Source: Azolla caroliniana
Lineage: Eukaryota; Plantae; Polypodiophyta
NCBI GenBank assembly: GCA_043228905.1
Contig: JBHGNT010000010.1
Location: 930,001-994,000, forward strand
Length of the DNA stretch: 64,000 nt
Direction: 5' to 3'
In this document: positions 15,301 to 24,950 of the stretch, one piece after another
Numbering within the stretch: the first letter of the stretch is position 1
How the letters are laid out: each line of letters begins with the position of its first letter
Notes under the pieces: generated by a model
Databases searched by the model: none
The model's input: the letters and a program-made list of their open reading frames with translations, nothing else
Told to the model about the DNA's origin: nothing
Position numbers and translations under genes: made by a program

Positions 15301-16502
15301 AGAAAATTTGCAATATTTGGATAAGGATGAGGCTTCTAACAAATGCAAATAATGCAACTAGTTCTGAGCAAATATATCAAGAGAACTATTATTATAGAAA
15401 TATAAGCAAACGAGGTAACTAAATTCAGACCAAGAATGTTGTGTGTCTTACTTGAGAGATGTGAGAATTTTTAGTGCTAAGAAACATGTCCATACACAAA
15501 TTTGATGCAAACGGAGCAACTAAAATCAGCAAGATGAGTGTTCTTTATTCTTTCAAAAGTCGAGAACCTGGTCTTTTTTAATGCATTGTAAAATATTCTT
15601 ACAAGCATACACAATCATTATTCAAACAAGGCAACTCAAGTCAGCATGATGGTTGTGTATCGCACTTAAATTTTTTTGATATACTGTGAAATAACTAGAA
15701 TGATGCTTGTTTCTCTTTTTTAAATGAAACAACTAGAATCAAACAAAGAGTTTCTTGTAAGATGCGAAACCCTGGTCATTTTGATGCATTGAAAACAATA
15801 TTTATGCAAATGATGCAACTAAAATCAGCAGGAAATCCATGTTTCTTAGTTGTGAGATGCAAGAACAGTCCTTTGACCATATACTGAAGTATTCGTACAA
15901 AACACAACAATACCCACATGTTATTTGCTAATGAGGTCAGTGAAGAAGGTTAAGTTCCTTACTGACGTATTGTGAAGTCTTCTTACAAACGCGTAATGCA
16001 AATGAACCACCTGAGTTCCTAAACTGGGCTGGTCACACTAAAGTAGAAACTCTTTATGCAACAACTTTTTTATGCATTGCAAAGTACACTTACAAACTTA
16101 CACCATGTTTATGTAAATGGATTGAATCAATGCATAAAAATGAGTGATTTCTAAAGCTCAGACATTCATACAAACACGTACAATACTTTTGCAAACAAAC
16201 AAAAACGATTCATATTAATGGTAGAGATTCTTACTCGAGAGATGTGGGAACATGGTCTTTTTTATGTACTGTGACGCTTCGGGGCCACCATGGCCATCAT
16301 AGACACCAATGAAGGTTCCAAAGGGGCCTGATTCAACCTGACCTTGGTCTTCGAGAAGCTGGTTAGCTTGAACTATAGCCATGGAGAACTTGCCATAAGC
16401 ATGGCTTTTGATGTCATCGCAAGTGAGAAGAGCATCTTCTTGGTCTGCTTCATCTCTGAAGCGCAAGCAGGATGTGAGTAGATTCGATAATTGTGATGGC
16501 AT
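12359..16502 (-). CDS. PP2C-D: Protein phosphatase 2C, clade D, 4 exons: 16502-16235, 14078-13711, 13170-12934, 12595-12359 (about 369 aa)
   Basis: Clade-D signatures [104 protein letters not shown] junctions with consistent phases. Confidence 0.95.
14324..14486. repeat. 81-bp tandem duplication (2 copies) in PP2C intron 1
   Basis: tgtatgaaaagg...catatctgacatcatggaggctg...caactggcat.atggtatggag repeats at 14324 and 14405. Confidence 0.9.
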
Positions 16503-17043
16503 CCCTCATCTCATTGTTTCTTTTACTTCATTCTTCATTTCCACGGGTCACAAATGCTTGCCAAAAAGAACAAGATGCAAGAAGCCGAAATAATCTGTGT
16601 TCTTTTTCCTTCGTCTCAAGGAAGGAACGAAAAATGGCTGCAAGGAGCAGAAATGCTGGTCTTCTTATTCTTCTCTACCGCGAATAAGAATGGCTGCGGG
16701 GAAGCACGACGTTTCTGTTCGTCTCTTTCTTCGGAGGGAACAACTAAGTCCTGCAAAAGAAGCAAGAATCTTCTCCCTTCTTCAAATGCCTCTGCTTATT
16801 CGGAAGGAGCAACAGACGGACGGCAGACAAGAAGCGGATGTCGTGATTCTTCCCTGAAAACGGGGATCAACGGAGGCTTACCTGGATCGATCGATCGGTC
16901 GGAGGGGGATGGATCTGCTACAATAATGCGAGTCTGATGAATGCAGGAAGGATAGGTCGATCGGAGAAGAAGCAGCAGCAGGGGCGACTACTCTGTTTCT
17001 CTGTCTCTGTCTCTATCTCTGTCTCTGTCTGTGTTGTCTCTAT

Positions 17044-17045
<2 letters not shown>

Positions 17046-17098
<53 letters not shown>
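17046..17098. repeat. (GT)n microsatellite, with neighbouring (CT)n and (GT)n runs up to about 17226, upstream of PP2C
   Basis: Direct reading. Confidence 0.9.
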
Positions 17099-17102
<4 letters not shown>

Positions 17103-17687
17103 TGTGTGTTATTTCCTCCTCCAAAGGTTAGGAAGTATAGGAGTCTCTCTCTCTCTCTCTCTCTCTCTCATCAATTCAATTATTAAGGGCCTTAATCCCT
17201 CCACAATGTGTGTGTGTGTGTGTGTGTTCCCAGGAGAGCAACCCGAGTCCCGGGGGGAGGAGCTAAAGGCGCAGAAATCGAATCACGAGATGAGATGACC
17301 CCCCGGTAAGAAAATGCATCACCCAGGAAACACACTTGTCTGTGTGTGTACATATGTGGATTCTTGCTTTACATCCACGCCTATTTGTTACGCACATTAT
17401 TGTTTTTTGTTGCTGCTCCTGGTATTGTATATAGTGACGACCCTATAAAGGAAAAAGGGGGGGTCTTCTCTCATCCAAATTCATGCTATGCAACCGCTGC
17501 GCTTTATTCCATCGGTAACATAATGCGTTGCTTGACACAAGTATTGTGAGTATGTGGATTCTTATATTGTTCCATGCTTTGTTGGCCATGCAATGTTATG
17601 ATGTTGTTGTATATAATGACAAACCTAAAGAAGGGGCCATTTCATGCAGATCCATACTACATATGGTGCTTTGAATTGGTTTTGTAA

Positions 17688-17838
17688 TTTCCGGCTTCTC
17701 TTTTTATCTTCACAACACCATTCACTGATGCTCTCCTTGGTTTTGTGCATGTTGGGAACTTTTTCCGGCTTCTCTTTTTATCTTCACAACACCATTCACT
17801 GATGCTCTCCTTGGTTTTGTGCATGTTGGGAACTTTTT
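17688..17838. repeat. Essentially perfect 74-bp tandem duplication
   Basis: ccggcttctctttttatcttcacaacaccattcactgatgctctccttggttttgtgcatgttgggaactt occurs at 17691 and 17765. Confidence 0.9.
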
Positions 17839-19619
17839 ACGACACATTAAGGCAAAGCGTCGCCTCCACAAATATTTAAATGTGTTGAGGAATTCCCTTC
17901 TTGGTTGTTATTTGGCAAGTGAAGACTTGACATCTATACATCCACCTTATAAAGTATCATATATGCCATTTGGCTACACACTAATGATTACAATTTTATG
18001 AATGATATGATTCCTATTTCCTTTTTTCACATCCTTCTCTACTCTTCACTACTTATTCATGCTCAAGCACATTCACTAGTAGCACCTTAACCTTAAAATC
18101 ATCATTAACATACGCTTACACTTGTTGAACAACATAATTTTCAACAAGGATGTGATAAACATATCCATCTCCCAATGAACACTTCATCTCCAAATTGTTA
18201 AAACAAAAAAACACATTTTTACCATATTTGGAACAAATGGCATGCGGTTCACTTCATAAATTTCAAGAACTTGTTAATTGAGCCATATGTGTAAAATTAA
18301 ATTATTATGCTTCGTTACACTACATGAGAGAGAGGCATAGGAAGATGTATTTTATTATTGTCTTTGGAGGTCAAATATGACCTTTGAGACAAATTGTATA
18401 ACGTTTTCATGTAAAACATATGAAGGTGACCAACTACTCTTGATATTCAAGAACTTAACTAATGAATATCCTAATTGAGAGTGCAACTATGACAATGAGA
18501 GAAATTTGTGCAAGGATTGGGTTTGATCGAACATGTGCGAAGCATAACCAAATGTGATTAGATTGACTATTGTAGAGAGTAGTACGAGACTACCGAATGT
18601 TTATGATCCTTTCATGGCTATGTTCTCTTGTGTGCGAATAATAACTCCACAGAATTTTATGGTTGTGGATGAGTTGAATCATATGACCCAAAGGCAGAAC
18701 ATTGTATCAAAATGGGATACTCAAGCTCCACGACTTGTTTAGGACAAAATGATCATAGTCAACTAGTCTCATCACATGTGCCCCAATGTCCCATCTCTCA
18801 TTGAAGTGATTGTGAACCAAATCATATGGAAGCAATGGTTCATATGGTAAGTAGTGAAATGGGCTCCAAAATGTATTATATGTTATGAATATATATCAAA
18901 ACTCCAAACCAATGATAAAGATTTGAACTCGTGACAACGTTAAAGAAGAGGTGTGATATAAACCATTAGGATAGATTATATACATATGCATCCGATATAC
19001 TTCATATAACCTAATGTATGATCACCGAGTGTCACACTTGTACAAATGCCAAGTAGTGATCGTGCATGCCTATGAAGAGGTAAGCATGCATTTGTCAAAA
19101 CCATGCCATATAAGCATGTGTTTAAGTATTCACGAACCATTTGGATTTGATGCCAATCTTCGGCATATTCTTGAAACCCTTGTTCTTATTGTTAATTATA
19201 CATCGTCAGTCTCCTATTTTTCTCTCTCGTTTCCCTGTTCCCATTCACTTCTTCAATTCAACCTTGTTTTTTGTGACAATCCTAACAAGTGTGTAATCAC
19301 TTTTACTTAACACATATGCTTTTTAAAGGAACTAGTTAAGTTATTTTCATGAGCGAGATGAGAAATAATTTGTTAGGTTAGGGTAAGTGAGGTTGGTGTT
19401 TAAGAGAGTGATTGTCAAATCACTCTCCCTCGTCTTGCCCTCAATAGGGTATATGACGACATGAACCTCTTAGCCTACGATATTAGCATGGAGATATAAC
19501 TCCACCAATACAAAATATATGCTCTTGATGTGAACACCTAGAACCAACACATAGTGGAAGTTTTCAATTAAAGTAGATTCGAAGGAGGAAAGAGGTTATA
19601 TATCTTGTAGACTTGCATA

Positions 19620-20390
19620 TTACAATAGGTCTTAGCATGCACCACTACTTTTTCTATGAGTGTATAGTTATTCTTGCCTTTGCACAAGCACACAACTTGA
19701 ACAAAGTGATATGTGTGAAACATTCACAATTTGATGGGCTATACATGCTCAAATGGTTGAAGACGGTTTTGATGGGCAATGTTTGTGGCACTTTCTACAT
19801 ATGTATGCAAGATGTGGCTATTTATTGAAGTATTGGATGTGTTATGTGAACTAGTACTTTAGAAGCAATAGCTAGTGGACAACCACAGTATATATGTTGA
19901 CCATGACTACTAGCAAGAAATGTATTCTCTTGGACTGTAGGAATTTATTTATATGTTGAGTATCATTATCGTGAAGAGCTTTAGTATATGTGGAACCAAA
20001 TGCAAACATAAAGTTTTAAGACTACCAGCCAGGGTATGTTGAGCATGACTACCGACAAGAAATGTATTCACTTGGACTGCAGGAATTTGTTTATATGTTG
20101 AGTATGGTTATGGTGAAGAGCTTTAGTATATGCGGAACCAAGTTCAACCACCTTTGTCTGCAACATGAAGTTTTTGGAAACCCTGACAAGGGGCAAAGGA
20201 AGATGTGTTTCAAAAGCTCCTAACTACATATGTGGTCTCATGGAATGCAATGATGATAGAGCTTATAGAACATGGATGTTTCAATGAAACACTAAATTGT
20301 TTTCACATGTTGGAGATTGATGGTATAGTTCCTGATTCTATCACCTTTATATGTGGTCTCCTAGCTTGTCGTAGTAAATGATAAGGGCAT
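19620..20390 (+). pseudogene. Decayed PLS-class PPR gene fragment, containing an internal 142-bp tandem duplication (19893/20035)
   Basis: Frame-broken PPR motifs: ..HMYARCG.. near 19797 and DVFQKLLTTYVVSWNAMMIELIEHGCFNETLNCFHMLEIDGIVPDSITFICGLLAC at about 20200-20368, followed by a stop. Boundaries are approximate. Confidence 0.7.
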
Positions 20391-22112
20391 GACCATATAA
20401 TATCCCGTGGTGAGAATTTACCATAGGCCCGTAACAGTAAATGTGTTATTGGCAAAGGTTGAGAGTTGTATTCATGTATTATAATTATCCTTATCTTGCC
20501 AAATGTCATCACTTATATTTGGTCTTTTCTTTGATGATATATACTTGTTGAGATGGAAAATATTATATACTATTTGTATAGTGCCTCTTGTGAAGGCAAA
20601 GAAAGATGTGATAAATGTGACTGTGAATGTTTTTTTTTCCAATCGTTGTTAGTAAGTTTTGAACATGCGACTCATAACTCTTGCCATTTGAGCTATCTTC
20701 CTTTTATGTGTTAAAGTAGTTTTCTTTTACATGTTTCTTTGGTGAACCCTTAGACCAAAATCTTCCTACCTTTGTAAGGCTTGTTCGTTTTGTGCTCTTC
20801 TCCTTTGCACACACCACATCACGACAATATCATCTACAATATATGGATTTTCCTTGAATAGAGAAAATTAGTGACCTTGATGATCATTTGGGTGCTATAA
20901 ACTTCATGGAGGTTAACTCTAATGTGGGTTTAGGGTCTTTGTACCATATCACATTGTTGTGTAATGACTGAGATCCTATAGAATGAAAATGATGATACTA
21001 TTGTATTCTTGGTAATCAAAGGGATAAAGGAGCACAATCCTAGTGAAGCCAATCATAAGGAATGCAATTGTGTAATAAAAAAAAACATGTTGCATTCTAT
21101 TTTTCAAATACTCTTTTTTTTGAGGTTTTCTTCTTCTTCCTAGGGCTTTAAGGGATTTTCTTTAGGAGGCTTTGAGGGGTTTTTGTCTTGGAGGGGAGGA
21201 TTGAATTTCTAAAATCTTGTTGAAGGGATTCAAATAGGGGTTTCTTCTTCTTTTATTAGCTTAAATATATGATATTGCATACTTACGTCTAGCTTCCTTA
21301 ATAGACAGACATCTTGTTGACTTAAGTACATATAATTTAGTTTAGCTCATCTGAAGGGGATTATGGGATCTCCTTAGATAACTGAGCAACTCAAATGCTT
21401 ATTTGCATTGTCTTGTAATTAATTCTCTTAGAATTATTGGGGTGAATTTATTTCATGACATTGTGGTGGCTTTGTAAAAAAGGAAATTTCAAGTAAATTC
21501 TTAATTGTCTTTACTAATCTAATAATGATAAGCTATCTAATAGCAAGTATTTATTTGGTCGTAATGGTGTTATTTGTGTTTGTTATATTGCTCGTCTTCA
21601 TATAACAATTTCAATTAAAAGAGACTTCACTATGTAGTTATGGTTAATTCTAAACTCATTTGTCGCTAAAATGTGATTTGGTGAATTTGAGATTTTGTTT
21701 ACGAGTTAGGTTATGACAAAGTCGAATTGTCACTATATAGCAATGAGCCATCCATAATACTGGAGGAAGAATCTTTTAACAAACTCAATAAGACAATTTC
21801 CTCGCTTCAAACACCTTCAGGGTTTACCTCACTTTCACAAGCAGTTGTGCTTTCTTGTGATAACAAGCAATAAACAAACATAATATTGTAAATGCTTTAA
21901 GATGTACCATTACTAGAAATAAGGATTTTTAAAAAAGATGGGGGAATGGGTGAGATGAGAGAGAAAAACATTAACATACTCATTGATATTATATAGGGTC
22001 ATTATAAAGTCATACTTAGGCAATTGATATAAAGGCATGCATCTTAAGTCATGTATGGGGTCATGCATAGCAAATATATGATAATAGAGAAAACCTAAGT
22101 CATCGAAAAGTT

Positions 22113-22510
22113 TAGAGTAGATGTTATACAATGTAATGATGATTTACTGGGGCCACAATTATGCTGCCACAAAATAGAGGCACAATGCAAGAGAATTTGC
22201 ATTGCTTCCAAACTAGGTTTTATACAATGTAATGATAATTTTATTGGGGCCATAGTTATGTTGTCACCACTTAAGAGGCTCAATGCAACACAATTTGCAT
22301 TAGCTCCTATAGTAGATGTTATACAATGTAAGAATGATTTTATTGGGGCCACAATTATGCTTCAAACTCATCAAGAAGCACAATGCAACACAAATTGCAA
22401 TGGTTCATAGAGTATATGTTATAGAATGTAATGATGATTTTATTGGGGCCACAATTATGCTCTAACCTCATTAAGAGGCACAATGCAACAAAATTTGCAA
22501 CCGTTCATAC
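22113..22510. repeat. Minisatellite, 4 copies of a 96-100 bp unit
   Basis: Core atacaatgtaatgatgattttattggggccacaattatg...ggcacaatgcaac recurs near 22125, 22221, 22320 and 22420. Confidence 0.88.
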
Positions 22511-23296
22511 TTTGAAATGTAACAATGATGTGGATTTTAGATATTCAAAAGAGAGATGAAGGGGTTAATAGTAATTACTAATAACCTATAACACATTAAA
22601 CTATAGATTCATGAAACCTTCATAAATAAATGCACTAGACATAATGTATTTGTATAGGCTTAACATTCCCGAAAGGCCCCTACTATTTTCCGGATTTGCA
22701 AAGTACCCTTTTTCGTCATACCCTACCTCCACAATTTCTATGGACATTAGAACATGAGGGTTATTAATATTGGGACGTGAAAAACGTGTTTCAAAAATCT
22801 TGTGAGACTATACTCGTATTTTGACGTAGTTTGCTTAACTTTTCAATCGAGGTTCCTGAAATACCTACCCCTTTTCAAGAGCCAGTGGTGTCAAGACATT
22901 ACGTACAAAGCACAATATATTTCTCACAACACCCAAATATCCTAGTGACGAGTTCACATATTAAAGAGAGATATGGATAGGAGCCTTTTTTAAGTATCTC
23001 ATACTTTTTGACATTGGAATATACCCATCGTCTAGGATCCTTAGGACAACTCTTCAAACTCAGACTAGGTTGTTTTCGATGTCGTGTCAAACAACACAAA
23101 TAAAATATACATGTGGTTATGGTTGATACCTATATTTGAACTCGATCAATAATATAGTTCTCAAGTGCATATCTAGCGAGGAATTTGTCAAACACATTGA
23201 CATTGTAAAGGCGTTCTCGATTTTATCCAAGAAAGAAGCCGAAAACCAGTAACTCTTCTGATCTTAAATTTCTCTCGAGGACGAGAAAAAGATTAG

Positions 23297-23303
23297 TATA
23301 TAA
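23297..23303 (+). promoter_or_regulatory. Candidate TATA box (TATATAA) of reductase copy A
   Basis: About 100 nt upstream of the ATG. The same GTATATAA is kept at the homologous position of copy B (32533-32539, minus strand). Confidence 0.6.
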
Positions 23304-23399
23304 GGGTTTGGGGGGGCACAACACTCCATGCATACAAAACCCCCCAACACTAAGATTGAGCAAGACGCATAGTAAGCATACACAATATTATTTGGTTAG

Positions 23400-24950
23400 A
23401 TGGAGCTAGCTAGAATCGCCATTGATAGTGGTCGAATACCGAGTGCAAGAGTAGCACCCATCACACTTGATGACAATGACCATGACCAAGAAGCTTGTCC
23501 CAACCATTCTAGCATTGACATCCTTACCACCCCTCCTCCACTCTCCCACTCCAAACCTACTCCCATCTCCATCTCCACCTCCTCGGCCGACCACGGAAAG
23601 TTCCCGACCCTCTCCCGCATTGCCGCCACCCACCGCGGCTGGCTCACCGTCTACAAGTGCCTCTTCCTTCTCAGCTTCTCGGTTAACATTGCTTGCTTCG
23701 CCGCCGCCGTCTCCGGACACTTCCCTTCCGCCCGTTCCAACTCCGCGCTCATCGCCGTGGCCAATGTCCTGGCCCTTGTAGCCTGCCGGAGCGAGCTCTT
23801 CCTCCGCCTCGTCTTCGCCATCGCCGTCTTCGTCTTCCGCCGCCTCCTTCCATTCGCACCGCTCAGAAATGCATGTACCTTCTTCCTCTCCAACCTCGGT
23901 GGCATCCACAGCGGCTGCGGTGTCTCCGCCGTCCTCTGGTTGGCCTTCGCCGTCTCCGACATGTTCTCGCACTCGCACGGGGATCACAATGACATGCTCA
24001 TACAACGGCTCCAACATGCGGTCGCCGTCATCACTCTCGCTCTGCTGCTGCTCACATGCATGGCGGCATTCCCCGCGCTCCGACACCTCCATCACAATGT
24101 CTTCGAGAGGGTGCACCGCCTCGCGGGATGGGCCGCACTCGCCGGAGTATGGCTCTATGTTATCCTATCCAATGGCAGCTACGGACTCCTGGATGGGGCC
24201 TTCTACCTTCGAGCTTCGAATATCGTTGGCTCTCCATCGGTATGGGCAACTACGGCCATAACATTGCTTATCATCTGTCCGTGGTTGAGTGTGCGTCGGG
24301 TCCCGGTACGCTGCCTCGCCACCGGAGCCGCACCACCGGGAACACATGGATCTGTGAGTATCCTACACTTCTTCTCTTGCAGCCCCGTGCGGCCGGGCCT
24401 GCTGGCACGAATCAGCCAGTCACCGCTATCAGAGTGGCACGCATTCGGCACGGTGTCGGATGGGAGGCATGGGTATTCGATAGTGGCGGGCGCGGTGGGC
24501 GACTTCACCAATGGCCTCATCCAGAATCCGCCCACCCGAGTGTGGGTGCGCACGCTACATTTCGCAGGGATCCCGTACCTGACGAACATGTACGAGAGGG
24601 TGTTGCACGTCGCCACGGGGTCGGGGATCGGGGTCTTCCTCTCCTTCCTTCTTCAGCCGACGTCGGTCACGACCGAGGTCCACCTCGTGTGGGTTGCGAA
24701 ATCGGTGCAGAAGACGTACGGCGATGAGTTCGCGGAGCTGCTGAGGACATGTCCAGCCGATAGACTGACGGTATACGATACGGCCGAGAGGGGAGGGAGG
24801 CCGGATGTAGGCGGGATGGCGGTGGAGGTGGCACGGCGCGTCGGGGCACAAGTGGTGATCGTGACAAGCAACCCTTCGGGAAGTAAAGCCGTGGTCGACA
24901 CTTGCCGTGCCAATGGCATCACCGCGATAGGTCCGGTGTGGGACTCTTAA
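23400..24950 (+). CDS. Intronless membrane flavocytochrome-like protein (ferric-reductase-type TM domain plus FNR-like FAD/NAD(P)H domain), similar to the reductase part of fungal adenylate-forming reductases; copy A, 516 aa
   Basis: Several hydrophobic helices. GGIHSG and LRHLHHNVFERVHRLAGW His motifs. EWHAFG resembles the HPFT FAD motif, VATGSGIG is a nucleotide-binding loop, and the C-terminus is GPVWDS. Family assigned from motif recognition, not a database search. Confidence 0.8.
   Translation: MELARIAIDSGRIPSARVAPITLDDNDHDQEACPNHSSIDILTTPPPLSHSKPTPISISTSSADHGKFPTLSRIAATHRGWLTVYKCLFLLSFSVNIACFAAAVSGHFPSARSNSALIAVANVLALVACRSELFLRLVFAIAVFVFRRLLPFAPLRNACTFFLSNLGGIHSGCGVSAVLWLAFAVSDMFSHSHGDHNDMLIQRLQHAVAVITLALLLLTCMAAFPALRHLHHNVFERVHRLAGWAALAGVWLYVILSNGSYGLLDGAFYLRASNIVGSPSVWATTAITLLIICPWLSVRRVPVRCLATGAAPPGTHGSVSILHFFSCSPVRPGLLARISQSPLSEWHAFGTVSDGRHGYSIVAGAVGDFTNGLIQNPPTRVWVRTLHFAGIPYLTNMYERVLHVATGSGIGVFLSFLLQPTSVTTEVHLVWVAKSVQKTYGDEFAELLRTCPADRLTVYDTAERGGRPDVGGMAVEVARRVGAQVVIVTSNPSGSKAVVDTCRANGITAIGPVWDS

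Noticed and set aside
14780-16140. Weak reiterated motifs in PP2C intron 1 (atgcaactaaaatcagca; aaggcccagcaaa)
   Set aside because: Too degenerate to define units or element ends.
16554-17298. 127-aa and other + strand ORFs upstream of PP2C
   Set aside because: They lie antisense to the probable PP2C 5' UTR/promoter and run through microsatellites; no protein features.
22113-22510. Regularly spaced repeats as a possible CRISPR-like array
   Set aside because: The whole unit is repeated with no unique spacers, the context is eukaryotic, and there are no cas genes. It is a minisatellite.
23396-24922. Many long overlapping and antisense ORFs within both reductase genes (for example 236 aa, 223 aa, 233 aa)
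   Set aside because: Expected from high GC3 and a shortage of stop codons. Their presence in both copies only reflects near-identical DNA.
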